Shown here one piece after another: positions 1 to 11,887 of a DNA stretch of 64,000 nucleotides. The stretch's first letter is position 1. Each line of letters starts with the position of its first letter. A program made the translations under genes and the position numbers. Below the pieces are notes generated by a model, which was not told the origin of the DNA, made no database searches, and saw only the letters and a program-made list of their open reading frames with translations. The DNA is taken from the NCBI GenBank assembly GCA_965656495.1, contig CBFHKU010000004.1, positions 64,001 to 128,000 of the forward strand. The letters run 5' to 3'. This DNA comes from Coraliomargaritaceae bacterium. Its GTDB lineage: Bacteria > Verrucomicrobiota > Verrucomicrobiia > Opitutales > Coraliomargaritaceae.

Positions 1-3
1 GGG

Positions 4-369
4 ATGGGAGGGACCTTTTTTTATGATGGCGAATGCGGCTTGTGCGCCGGTGCAGTCGATTTTTTGCGGCGCCGCGACAAGCAGGGACGCCTGAAATTTT
101 GCGCCCTGCAAAGCCCCGAGGCCGCCGCGCGCTTACCGGTCGATTTGACAACGGATTTGAAGACCGCGGTTTATCTGAGCGAAGCCGACCCCCCGGAATT
201 GCTGGTGCGTTCGGATGCGGTGCTGCGCGCCTTGAGCGAGGTCGGCGTATTCTGGCGCTGCTTGGCGCGTGTCATTCGGCTTATACCGCAGGCGTTGCGC
301 GACGCGGTTTATGAGCGCGTCGCCGCCAACCGCCACCATTGCCAGTGGAACAAATCGGACGCGGCCTGA
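4..369 (+). CDS. DCC1-like thiol-disulfide oxidoreductase family protein (DUF393)
   Basis: N-terminal FYDGECGLC (DxxCxxC) and C-terminal LRDAVYERVAANR, typical of DUF393. Confidence 0.85.
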   Translation: MGGTFFYDGECGLCAGAVDFLRRRDKQGRLKFCALQSPEAAARLPVDLTTDLKTAVYLSEADPPELLVRSDAVLRALSEVGVFWRCLARVIRLIPQALRDAVYERVAANRHHCQWNKSDAA

Positions 370-388
370 GCAATGGCGCGTTCTGCGC

Positions 389-1969
389 TTAATGAGGCAG
401 CACCATGAACATCACCGCCATCACGAGGGTCGGAAAGAGCGCTCCCAGCAAAAGCTTCAAGGGTGAGACCCCTCCGGAGAAATATTTGCTGAGGATGCTT
501 TGACCGGCGGGATTCGGCGCATTCGCGATCACCGTTAAACCGCCCCCGCTTACTGCTCCCGCGACGACCGCATATTGCAGCGCGGTTGCGCCATCCACTC
601 CATTTGCGAAAGCGGGTACCTGCGCCGCGAGGAAGGTAATGGCGGCATTGTCATTAAAGGCCGTCAATACGGTGGCACCGATAAAGAGTGGAATTTCCCC
701 AAGGGAGGATAGGACCGGCGCGATCCACCAACCCTGCATCCCGCCATGCGTAACGAGTCCCGCGAGGAAGAAGCCCACTAAGATGGGGCCTTTGAGACTA
801 ATGGCGTATTGGTGATGTACCGTCGCGATATTGAAGGCGACAAAGATGAGGAAGCCGCCGATGAAAAGCGCGGGGTGATGGAGCGTGAAAACCGTCCAAG
901 CCAAAAATGCGAGGTGGATGCCCACGATCCACGCAGGCACCGGCTCCACCGGTTCCTGAGTTCGGTTGGCTTTCTCGGCCTCCGCTTTCTCCTTCAAATG
1001 CACGAAGTTTTTGCGGAAGATCAGGAAATAGATCGCGGTTACCACCAGAATACCCAGAACCGCGCGCCAGCCGAAGTGCGTAAACATGAAGGGCATATTC
1101 CAGTCCCATTTCCCCGCGACCATGAGCACCGGCGGAGCGGCGAAGTGCGTGAGGGTTCCACCGACCGAGATATTAACAAAGAGCAAGCCGAGGGTGGCGT
1201 ATTTAAAGGTATTGGAGGGGTTGTAATGATAAAATTGTTGGCCCAGCAAGAGCGCGGCAATCGTCATTGCGGCGGGTTCCGTGATAAAGGAACCCAAGAG
1301 CGGCGCGATGATGAGAATGGAGAGCCACCATGCGGCGGGGGATTGTTTCCCGATTGATGCCACCGAGCGGAGGGCGCCCTCCGCAAACACCACCACCGGG
1401 CGTGATGCGGCGATCGCCATAATCACCACCACGAAGAGCGGTTCTGTGAAATTGCGGGTGTCGATATAGGCAGCGGCATCATGCCAACCATAAGTCAGCG
1501 TCATCGCCAATAGCAATGGGATCACCCAGATTCCAAAAATAGCCTCCACTTCACCCAGGAAATGCAGGGCGGTGGCTTTGAAACTAACCGGGGCTTTACC
1601 GCCGTGATAGCGACGAGGGTCTGCCTCGATCATTTGTTGGTGGCGATGTTCTACCTTGTGGGCGAGATTCATGAGCGGGCCCGCCGCGAAGGTGTGGATG
1701 ATCGCGAGGAAGAAAATAAGGGTCGCGATCCAATTCATGGGGTCATCAACGGCGCGCGCACTCAAGCGCTGCATGAGGCTCAGTTCGTCCGTGGCGATCC
1801 CGATTTCAGCGGCATAGCCAGCTTCGACCTCTGAATATTGGTCGAGCGGTTTGGGCAGTGCCGACTCGACGGCACCGGCGGGTTTACCACCCGCGCAGAG
1901 AACCGACGAGGCGAGCAAAGATAATATGAGAAACAATACTAGAGGGCGTAAGTGCTGCATAGGGCGCAT
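389..1969 (-). CDS. Putative Na+/H+ antiporter (DUF1504-like) membrane protein
   Basis: 526 aa, many TM segments; motifs LGSFITEPAAMT, GGTLTHFAAPPV, GGGLTVIANAPNPAG. Confidence 0.8.
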   Translation of the reverse strand: MRPMQHLRPLVLFLILSLLASSVLCAGGKPAGAVESALPKPLDQYSEVEAGYAAEIGIATDELSLMQRLSARAVDDPMNWIATLIFFLAIIHTFAAGPLMNLAHKVEHRHQQMIEADPRRYHGGKAPVSFKATALHFLGEVEAIFGIWVIPLLLAMTLTYGWHDAAAYIDTRNFTEPLFVVVIMAIAASRPVVVFAEGALRSVASIGKQSPAAWWLSILIIAPLLGSFITEPAAMTIAALLLGQQFYHYNPSNTFKYATLGLLFVNISVGGTLTHFAAPPVLMVAGKWDWNMPFMFTHFGWRAVLGILVVTAIYFLIFRKNFVHLKEKAEAEKANRTQEPVEPVPAWIVGIHLAFLAWTVFTLHHPALFIGGFLIFVAFNIATVHHQYAISLKGPILVGFFLAGLVTHGGMQGWWIAPVLSSLGEIPLFIGATVLTAFNDNAAITFLAAQVPAFANGVDGATALQYAVVAGAVSGGGLTVIANAPNPAGQSILSKYFSGGVSPLKLLLGALFPTLVMAVMFMVLPH

Positions 1970-2022
1970 TTATTACGAGCTTTCTCGCCGCTTCAAAGAA
2001 AAAAACGACGCCCAAGGGCAGT

Positions 2023-2574
2023 TTAACGCTCCCCGCTGCCCGCCTGCTTGACCGGCACCGCCGCATCACTGCGATTGCGGCGAAATTGAAAACGGTTTAA
2101 ATCACGCAAACTCAATTGTTTACCCATCTCCTCCTCGAAGGCTTTTCCCTGAAGCATCATGGCATAAACCTGGTGGTCCCGCAAAAGCAGCGGTGTATCT
2201 TTTTTTCCGATGCGCGCCTCGCCTTCAATGTCGGCCATCTGCTGATCCATGCGGGACATTTCACGGCTGCGGATCGGGAATGTTTTGCGTTCGGTCTGAA
2301 CGGTGCGGCGCTCCCCCGACTTCATCTCAATCGGGGCACGCTTGCTGCCCACCGAACTGAAATGCTTGGACCATTGATCCATTGAGATGCGTTTATCCGT
2401 CAGGGGAAGTGCTGCTCCGGAACTCCACTGCTTCACCGGGGCGCGTTTTTCCTGAATCGCTCCCGCCTGGCGGCCCACCGTCTCAAGCGGGCTCTTGACG
2501 GTTTCCTCCGCCTGCAGGACTACCATCCCCCAAACGCACAGACCGGCGACCCAAGTTGTTTTCATAAAGCGCAT
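2023..2574 (-). CDS. Hypothetical exported protein
   Basis: C-terminal part of the 709-aa ORF that does not overlap leuS; starts [24 protein letters not shown] (signal-peptide-like); start may be 2565. Confidence 0.6.
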   Translation of the reverse strand: MRFMKTTWVAGLCVWGMVVLQAEETVKSPLETVGRQAGAIQEKRAPVKQWSSGAALPLTDKRISMDQWSKHFSSVGSKRAPIEMKSGERRTVQTERKTFPIRSREMSRMDQQMADIEGEARIGKKDTPLLLRDHQVYAMMLQGKAFEEEMGKQLSLRDLNRFQFRRNRSDAAVPVKQAGSGER

Positions 2575-2694
2575 CGTTTTATGAATAAACCCATGATCGG
2601 AGCGGGTTTCAAACGAAAAGCGCTCCGGGCAAGCGGTAATTTTGAGGCGTTGACGCCTTGGCAGGGATCGCTCTTTATTGCGGATTCTCTGATT

Positions 2695-5268
<2,574 letters not shown>

Positions 5269-5288
5269 TATTCCATCCCTCAATCATC

Positions 5289-6089
5289 ATGCCGCGCTTC
5301 ACGCTATACCTCCTTCTCGCATTGACCGCCACAAGCGTACTTAGCGCGCTGGAGATGCAACCCGGATTCGGCTTCGTCACCAGCATGCGTGGTTCCGTGG
5401 AAGTCCGCAACGAGGAGGGCAAAAAACTGACCTTGGGATTACACGAAAGTCACTCGGTCGATGGATTGACTCTTAAGACCAAAAAAGACAGCACCCTCTT
5501 TCTCGTCCTCAGCAATGGCGTCGCAATCGCCCTTAGCGAAAACACCCATATCGATATCCAAAACTTCCGACAAATCCCCTTTGGTCCGGAAAGTCATAGC
5601 TTCGAACATGAACCCACGATTTCAAATCTGCAAATCCACTTGATTGAAGGCACGATGGGCCTGAGTTGCGACCACATCTCGCCCTTGTCCAACTTGAAAA
5701 TAGCAATGAATAGTGGTCACCTGCGCGTCCATTCCACGACCTCGGTGCTATCCATCAACCCCCTCGGCATGAACATTTCCGCCTATGAGGGAACCCTGAC
5801 CTTTTATTATCCGGACGGGGAAGAGCGCGAATTTATCGCCCATCCGCAAAGCGTCCGCATCAGTGAACAAAGCGCGGCGCGCGGCATCGTCACCGAAAGC
5901 GGCACCGTCGATAAAAAGGAAGTGCTCGCCCGCCGCCTCGCCGATGCCGTCAGTTTTGCGCGCAAACGCGTCATCTACCGCAGCGTCAATGGGCAGGCCG
6001 AGCCCCAAGCGCTCTTGCTGGTCTCGGATGACTACCACGAACAAGAGCCCGCGCGGCCTTTCTCATTCAAATCTTCCCAACTACCCTGA
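5289..6089 (+). CDS. Hypothetical exported protein, possibly FecR-like
   Basis: Signal peptide; beta-rich pattern resembling FecR domains. Confidence 0.45.
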   Translation: MPRFTLYLLLALTATSVLSALEMQPGFGFVTSMRGSVEVRNEEGKKLTLGLHESHSVDGLTLKTKKDSTLFLVLSNGVAIALSENTHIDIQNFRQIPFGPESHSFEHEPTISNLQIHLIEGTMGLSCDHISPLSNLKIAMNSGHLRVHSTTSVLSINPLGMNISAYEGTLTFYYPDGEEREFIAHPQSVRISEQSAARGIVTESGTVDKKEVLARRLADAVSFARKRVIYRSVNGQAEPQALLLVSDDYHEQEPARPFSFKSSQLP

Positions 6090-6094
6090 GCCGT

Positions 6095-6931
6095 ATGTCT
6101 TCCCAATTCCTGCCACCTGACTTCGATGGTCAACCCCTTGGATTGATTGCGGGCAAGGGCGACTACCCCATCATCGTAGCGGAGCGTTTTCGGTCGATGG
6201 GCCTCCCGATTCGTCTCATCGCATTTGAGGGCGAAACCGAATCCAGCCTCATCGATTCCTTTGATGCCCATGAACGCGCCACCGTTAAAGTCGGTCAGCT
6301 CGGCAAACTGCTCAAAGCCCTCGGCAAACTCGAATGCCGCTACGCCATGATGGCGGGACAAGTGACCCCCAGACGGCTCTTTCACGGTCTGCATCCCGAC
6401 CTCAAGGCCCTTGCGATTTTAAACAGCCTCAAGGTGCGCAATGCCGAAACCATCTTCGGCGCGATCGCTGCAGAAATTCAAAAAATCGGCATTGAGATGC
6501 TCGACGCCCGCGCGGGTCTCGATGACCAACTCGCCAGCCCCGGACTCATGACGCCCGGTAAATTGAAGGCACCCCTTGAATACCTCGAACACGGCATTCG
6601 CATTGCCGAGGGCGCAGCCGACCTCGACATCGGTCAAGGCTGCGTGGTGCGCAAAGGCACCGTGCTCGCGGTCGAGGCCTATGAGGGCACCGACCCCATG
6701 CTGCAACGCGCCGGTGCTTTTAAAACTGAAGGCCTGATCTTCGTAAAAACCGTCAAACGCGAACAGGACTATCGTTTCGACGTGCCGGTCTTTGGATCCC
6801 GTACCCTCGAAGTCATGCACGCCAGCGGCATCCTTACCGCCGCCCTTAAAGCCGGGAGCGTTATCCTCCTCAACAAGGAACAACTCTGCGCCGATGCTGC
6901 CCGACTCGGAATTGAACTCTACGGTTTTTAA
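6095..6931 (+). CDS. lpxI: UDP-2,3-diacylglucosamine diphosphatase LpxI
   Basis: LGLIAGKGDYP, DIGQGCVV, AVEAYEGTD, QDYRFDVPVFG motifs. Confidence 0.92.
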   Translation: MSSQFLPPDFDGQPLGLIAGKGDYPIIVAERFRSMGLPIRLIAFEGETESSLIDSFDAHERATVKVGQLGKLLKALGKLECRYAMMAGQVTPRRLFHGLHPDLKALAILNSLKVRNAETIFGAIAAEIQKIGIEMLDARAGLDDQLASPGLMTPGKLKAPLEYLEHGIRIAEGAADLDIGQGCVVRKGTVLAVEAYEGTDPMLQRAGAFKTEGLIFVKTVKREQDYRFDVPVFGSRTLEVMHASGILTAALKAGSVILLNKEQLCADAARLGIELYGF

Positions 6932-6995
6932 AAACCCGCACAAAGTGGACTTTTAGCTTTACGCATCAAGATATCATTATATGTTGATACGTAAT

Positions 6996-7883
6996 ATGGC
7001 CCATACGCATCCAATCGACTCCCGCGCCTCCACGCCGCGCATTTCGGTGGAGTTTTTTCCGCCCAAATCGGAAAAAGCGGCGGAACAACTCCTGCAAGCC
7101 GCCTCGGAACTGCGCTCCATCCAGCCTGATTTTGCTTCGATCACTTACGGGGCGGGCGGCAGCACCCGCAGTCGTACCCTTGAATACGCCCGCCGCCTCA
7201 AGGACGATCTGGGGTATACCATCATGCCCCACCTCACCTGCGTCGGTCACTCCCGCGGTGAATTGAAGCAGATCATCGCCGAATTCAAAGACGCCGGACT
7301 CAGTCAAATCATGGCGCTCCGTGGCGACCCGCCTCAGGATGCCGAAGACTTCACCCCCCACCCCGACGGACTCGCCTACGCCAACGAACTCGTCAGCCTC
7401 ATCAGCGAACACTACCCGGACTGTGAGGTCGCGGTTGCCGGTTACCCGGAAAAACATCCCCAGGCACCCGATTTGGAGACCGATCTGCAAAACCTCAAAC
7501 GCAAGGTCGACGCCGGCGCGGACTTCATCACAACCCAGCTTTTCTTCGATAATCAGGTCTATTACAACTTCGTGGATCGCTGCCGCGCCATCGGCATCGA
7601 AGTTCCGATTCTCCCCGGTCTCCTGACCATCACCTCCCGCCAACAAGCCCAGCGCTTTTGCGCGATGTGCGAGGCGGTCCTCCCCGAGGCACTGGATCAA
7701 GCCCTCGCCGCCGCCGGAGACGACCCCGACGCGGTGGAAGCGGCCGGACTCGATTGGATCCACCAGCAAGCCCGGGAATTGCTGCAGCACGGCGCCCCCG
7801 GTCTCCACCTTTACCTGCTCAACCGCGCCGGCATCGCCCTGCAATTGATCGAACGCCTCAAAGCCGACGGATTGCTAACATAG
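6996..7883 (+). CDS. metF: 5,10-methylenetetrahydrofolate reductase
   Basis: SVEFFPPK, ITYGAGGS, HLTCV, ALRGDPP, ITTQLFFD motifs. Confidence 0.95.
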   Translation: MAHTHPIDSRASTPRISVEFFPPKSEKAAEQLLQAASELRSIQPDFASITYGAGGSTRSRTLEYARRLKDDLGYTIMPHLTCVGHSRGELKQIIAEFKDAGLSQIMALRGDPPQDAEDFTPHPDGLAYANELVSLISEHYPDCEVAVAGYPEKHPQAPDLETDLQNLKRKVDAGADFITTQLFFDNQVYYNFVDRCRAIGIEVPILPGLLTITSRQQAQRFCAMCEAVLPEALDQALAAAGDDPDAVEAAGLDWIHQQARELLQHGAPGLHLYLLNRAGIALQLIERLKADGLLT

Positions 7884-7913
7884 CAAGATTCAACCCAGAC
7901 TTGCCGCCGACTT

Positions 7914-7979
7914 AATCTTGCCAAATTGCGGCTATAGCTCACTCTCGCAGCTGCATGTGGGCGTAGCTCAGTTGGATAG
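7914..7979 (+). repeat. Direct-repeat copy of the tRNA-Arg upstream region plus the first 23 nt of the tRNA (other copy 8072-8137)
   Basis: 66 bp, one mismatch (7950 g vs 8108 a), offset 158. Confidence 0.93.
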
Positions 7980-8111
7980 GTTCGAGGCGCGGAGCGCCGA
8001 CAGCGCCGGTCAATGCGAAGCATTGAGCCGGAAACATCGGATGTATAAATCCGATGCTCGTAAGGAGGGAAAATCTTGCCAAATTGCGGCTATAGCTCAC
8101 TCTCGCAACTG

Positions 8112-8191
<80 letters not shown>

Positions 8192-8244
8192 TTTTTAAGT
8201 ACGTTTTTAATAGCCTTTATGGGGCTTCGGCCTAAACTAATACT

Positions 8245-8598
8245 ATGATTATCAAGGTAGATGCCGTCATACCGGAAGTAGCTGAAAACGTGCGCGAGGG
8301 GGTCGGCACGGTAACGGCCCACAAACTCCTCGATTTATTCCCCGGGAGCGCCATCAAGAGCGTCGGTCTGGTGCGCCTCGAACCGGGCGCGAGTGTGGGG
8401 TCGCATTCCCACCACGGCGAGGAGGATTTCTATTACTGCCTCTCCGGCGAGGGCGTGGTGGTCGATAATGGCGCGGAACATGCCTTCACTCCCGGCACCC
8501 TCCAGATTACCCGCGACGGGGAAACCCAGGCGATCCGCAACACCGGCGAGACCGAACTCGTCTTTCTCGGTGCGCTGGTGGCAACGATTCAGGGCTAG
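8245..8598 (+). CDS. Cupin domain protein
   Basis: HSHHGEEDFYYCLSGEG cupin motif 1; motif 2 has Q at the usual His position (GETQAIRNTG). Confidence 0.88.
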   Translation: MIIKVDAVIPEVAENVREGVGTVTAHKLLDLFPGSAIKSVGLVRLEPGASVGSHSHHGEEDFYYCLSGEGVVVDNGAEHAFTPGTLQITRDGETQAIRNTGETELVFLGALVATIQG

Positions 8599-8760
8599 CC
8601 CGAATATCGTACACGCTTCAGAACTGTCTCCAGCGAGGCGCGAGCGGTGTTCGCCAAAAGAGTGCGCCCTCAGGTGGGTGACTGAAAAGCTTACGCACCC
8701 GGAACAGGGCCAGAGCCACTGGTGCACTCGATCTAGTTCGGTGTCTCAAAAGGGACACTA

Positions 8761-8941
8761 CCGCTTTTTCTCTCCTGCCACGCAAAGCGACAAGAATGTC
8801 GCTTCCACTAAAGCATCATATGTGGAAGCAGCATACGTGGAAGCGGCAATCCTGCCGCTTTTTCTCTCCTGCCACGCAAAGCGACAAGAGTGTCGCTTCC
8901 ACTAAAGCGCCATACGTGGAAGCGGCAATCCTGCCGCTTTT
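8761..8941. repeat. REP-like palindrome cluster (BIME/REPIN-like)
   Basis: GTGGAAGCGGCAATCCTGCCGCTT at 8837 and 8916; inverted variant AAGCGACAAGA(A/G)TGTCGCTTCCAC at 8785 and 8879; 54-bp direct repeat 8761-8814/8855-8908. Confidence 0.85.
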
Positions 8942-9027
8942 CCACGAAAACCCGGAAACAATTCGCATGTGATGACTTACCAATCGACCCCAACAAACAA
9001 GTGCAACATTAGGGTTTGCGAGGCTTG

Positions 9028-9393
9028 CTAGAGGCGATAGGGTTCGCGAATGTCGGGCCACTCCGCCTTGAAATCTTTGACATTGCGCGTGAGCAGGGCG
9101 CAACCCAATTGCCGCGCAGAGGCATAGACGATGGCATCGGGTAGCTTGAGTTTTTTCTCGCGGCGCAGGTGAACGGCGCGCTCGGAAACCGCCGTATTCA
9201 ACTCCATCGTTTTAAAAGCCGCGAGGAATCTACGCACAATGACCGCTTCTTCGGGCGACTCAACTCCTGCCAGCACCTCCATGAAAGTTATCACGCTGAT
9301 CCATTTTTCCTCGTAACGCTCCACCTCCGCAGCGGCCTGCGGAATGCCCTTCAGATAGTCGATGAGGATGTTCGTGTCGAAGACCGCCCTCAT
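9028..9393 (-). CDS. vapC: PIN-domain toxin, VapC family
   Basis: AVFDTNILID, ITFMEVL, LKLPDAIVYASA, LLTRNVKDF. Confidence 0.93.
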   Translation of the reverse strand: MRAVFDTNILIDYLKGIPQAAAEVERYEEKWISVITFMEVLAGVESPEEAVIVRRFLAAFKTMELNTAVSERAVHLRREKKLKLPDAIVYASARQLGCALLTRNVKDFKAEWPDIREPYRL

Positions 9394-9614
9394 TCCTGTT
9401 TCCATTCATTCCTCAAGCGTGCCTGATAATTTAAAGCATCAGTTTTTTTGTCTTTCCAAATTCCGTATGCGGCCTGCGAGTCCTGCACCGCCAGTGCCCC
9501 GGTGTAAGCTTCCAATGCTTCACGAATGAGCGCCGCACGCGAACAACCGCGCTCCTCACGTTCTGAATCCAAAACTGCGAGCACCGACTCCGGTATATCG
9601 ACTATCGTTCGCAT
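9390..9614 (-). CDS. vapB: Ribbon-helix-helix antitoxin, VapB-like
   Basis: MRTIVDIPE...SRAALIREAL RHH pattern; ATGA overlap with the PIN gene. Confidence 0.85.
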   Translation of the reverse strand: MRTIVDIPESVLAVLDSEREERGCSRAALIREALEAYTGALAVQDSQAAYGIWKDKKTDALNYQARLRNEWKQE

Positions 9615-9738
9615 CGTGTTATCATGCCACGTTATCACTTTTCGTCAAGCTTGCATCCGGCAAATCCCGACAAAGCGACTCCCGAAAAGGCTTGAAGCAA
9701 ACGGTGGGAAATCCAGTCTCCTTAATTTCCCATCTTAT

Positions 9739-10839
9739 ATGAAAACTTTGAAATTTGCAGTTCTACCAGGCGATGGCATCGGCCCGGAAGTCATGGATGT
9801 CGCGCTTGATGTCCTCAAAGCGACAGGCGATACCTTCGGCTTTGCGCTCGAATACGAGCACGCTGACATCGGTGGCATCGCCATCGACAACCACGGAGAA
9901 GCTTTCCCAGAGGTCACCAAGAACATCTGTGATGCCAGTGAAGCCATTCTTTTTGGTTCAGTTGGAGGCCCAAAATGGGAAACCCTACCTCCGAAGGATC
10001 AACCCGAGCGCGCCGCCCTCCTCCCAATCCGGCAAGCCTACAAACTCTACGCCAATGTGCGCCCCGGCCTCCTCTATTCCGAATTGACCGACGCCTCCCC
10101 ACTCAAGGCGGAGCGCATCCCCAACGGCATCGACATCGTCTGCATCCGTGAACTCACCGGCGGAATCTATTTCGGGCAACCCAAAGCCACCACCACCCTT
10201 GAGAACGGCGAACAACAAGCAATCGACACGATGGTCTATCAAACCAGCGAAATCGAGCGCATCGCCCAAGTCGCAATCGATACCGCCAAGGCCCGCGGCG
10301 GCAAAGTCTGCTCCGTTGATAAAGCCAATGTTCTCGAAACTTCCGTCCTCTGGCGGCAGGTCGTCACGGAATACTTCGCGAAGCACGCCCCTGAGATTGA
10401 ACTCAGCCACATGTATGTCGACAACGCCGCCATGCAACTCGCGCGTGACCCCAACCAATTCGACGTCCTCTTCACCGAGAATATGTTCGGCGATATTCTC
10501 TCTGATGAAATGGGTGTGATCTGCGGCTCCCTCGGGATGCTCGCCTCCGCCAGTCTCGGCGCGCAAAACAATTCCCTCGGCTTGCCCTTCGGGCTCTACG
10601 AACCCTCCGGCGGTACCGCCCCCGACATCGCCGGACAAGGCATCGCCAACCCCTGCGCCCAAATCCTCTCCGCCGCCATGATGCTCCGTTACAGCTTCGG
10701 CGAAAACGAAGCCGCCGACGCTATTGAAGCCGCCGTTAAAAACGCCGTCACCTCCGGCGTCCGCACCGGAGACATCGCCTTCGGCCTCAAGGCAGTCGGC
10801 ACCCAAGAAATGGGCGCCGCGGTACTCAAAAATCTGTAA
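9739..10839 (+). CDS. leuB: 3-isopropylmalate dehydrogenase
   Basis: LPGDGIGPEV, RELTGGIYFG, NMFGDILSD, EPSGGTAPDIAG. Confidence 0.97.
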   Translation: MKTLKFAVLPGDGIGPEVMDVALDVLKATGDTFGFALEYEHADIGGIAIDNHGEAFPEVTKNICDASEAILFGSVGGPKWETLPPKDQPERAALLPIRQAYKLYANVRPGLLYSELTDASPLKAERIPNGIDIVCIRELTGGIYFGQPKATTTLENGEQQAIDTMVYQTSEIERIAQVAIDTAKARGGKVCSVDKANVLETSVLWRQVVTEYFAKHAPEIELSHMYVDNAAMQLARDPNQFDVLFTENMFGDILSDEMGVICGSLGMLASASLGAQNNSLGLPFGLYEPSGGTAPDIAGQGIANPCAQILSAAMMLRYSFGENEAADAIEAAVKNAVTSGVRTGDIAFGLKAVGTQEMGAAVLKNL

Positions 10840-10844
10840 TCATT

Positions 10845-11034
10845 TTAACCACGAATGGACACGAATAATCACGAATTTGAAGGCCCTATTGTACAAGAGG
10901 CGTTTTCGAGATGAATTATCTAAAAATCACTGGCCTCAAAGTTGGCCTTATTTTAAACTTCAAGCACCCAAAACTTGAGTGGGAACGTCTTATCATTTGA
11001 ACATTCGAGTCTATTCGTGTCCATTCGTGGTTAA
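10845..11034 (+). mobile_element. Internally deleted GxxExxY element, copy 1 (190 bp, MITE-like)
   Basis: Perfect 23-bp inverted repeats TTAACCACGAATGGACACGAATA (10845-10867) and its reverse complement (11012-11034), enclosing the 5' and 3' ends of the GxxExxY gene; mobility is inferred. Confidence 0.7.
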
Positions 11035-11051
11035 CTCAATAATCCTTGCCC

Positions 11052-11135
11052 ATGACCTCCGCTGAGATCCGCCAGTCCTTCCTTGATTCCATTTTCACCA
11101 AAAAAATGGGCGTTGCGGTACTCAAAAATCTGTAA
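11052..11135 (+). other. Chimeric mini-ORF: AlaS N-terminus fused in frame to LeuB C-terminus
   Basis: MTSAEIRQSFLDSIFTKKMGVAVLKNL*; second copy at 11592-11675 reads ...KKMGAAVLKNL*. Confidence 0.8.
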
Positions 11136-11140
11136 TCATT

Positions 11141-11574
11141 TTAACCACGAATGGACACGAATAATCACGAATTTGAAGGCCCTCTCGCAAAAGAAGTGTT
11201 TTCGATCGTGGGCGCTGCCTTCGAAGTTTCCAACCAATTGGGCTGTGGTCTTTTGGAAAAACCCTACGAGAACGCTTTAACAGTTGAATTCAAATTGCGT
11301 GAGATTCCCTTTTCCCAACAACCGCGTTTTAAAGTTCATTATAAATCTGTCCCAGTGGGTGAATATATCCCTGACCTCGTTGCCTTTAAAGAAGTTGTGG
11401 TCGACATAAAAACAATAAACCAGATAGGCAATAATGAGCGGGCTCAGATGCTAAATTATCTAAAAATCACCGGCCTCAAAGTTGGCCTTATTTTAAACTT
11501 CAAGCACTCAAAACTTGAGTGGGAACGTCTTATCATTTGAACATTCGAGTCTATTCGTGTCCATTCGTGGTTAA
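11141..11574 (+). mobile_element. Full-length GxxExxY element with 23-bp terminal inverted repeats (434 bp)
   Basis: Inverted repeats at 11141-11163 and 11552-11574 enclose the whole ORF; mobility is inferred. Confidence 0.7.
11151..11540 (+). CDS. GxxExxY protein (PD-(D/E)XK nuclease fold)
   Basis: GCGLLEKPYENAL signature, YIPDLV...VVDIKT, AQMLNYLKITGLKVGLILNF. Confidence 0.93.
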   Translation: MDTNNHEFEGPLAKEVFSIVGAAFEVSNQLGCGLLEKPYENALTVEFKLREIPFSQQPRFKVHYKSVPVGEYIPDLVAFKEVVVDIKTINQIGNNERAQMLNYLKITGLKVGLILNFKHSKLEWERLII

Positions 11575-11680
11575 CTCAATAATCCTTGCCCATGACCTCC
11601 GCTGAGATCCGCCAGTCCTTCCTTGATTCCATTTTCACCAAAAAAATGGGCGCCGCGGTACTCAAAAATCTGTAATCATT

Positions 11681-11870
11681 TTAACCACGAATGGACACGA
11701 ATAATCACGAATTTGAAGGCCCTATTGTACAAGAGGCGTTTTCGAGATGAATTATCTAAAAATCACCGGCCTCAAAGTTGGCCTTATTTTAAACTTCAAG
11801 CACCCAAAACTTGAGTGGGAACGTCTTATCATTTGAACATTCGAGTCTATTCGTGTCCATTCGTGGTTAA
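11681..11870 (+). mobile_element. Internally deleted GxxExxY element, copy 2 (190 bp)
   Basis: Near-identical to 10845-11034 (one SNP seen); inverted repeats at 11681-11703 and 11848-11870. Confidence 0.7.
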
Positions 11871-11887
11871 CTCAATAATCCTTGCCC

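Noticed and set aside
7957..8071. Second, intron-containing or split tRNA gene
   Set aside because: No matching 3' acceptor strand, correctly placed T-arm or CCA; treated as a fragment.
8393..9103. ORFs spanning the REP cluster
   Set aside because: Translations are repeat-derived (YVEAA, QDCRFH) and overlap real genes.
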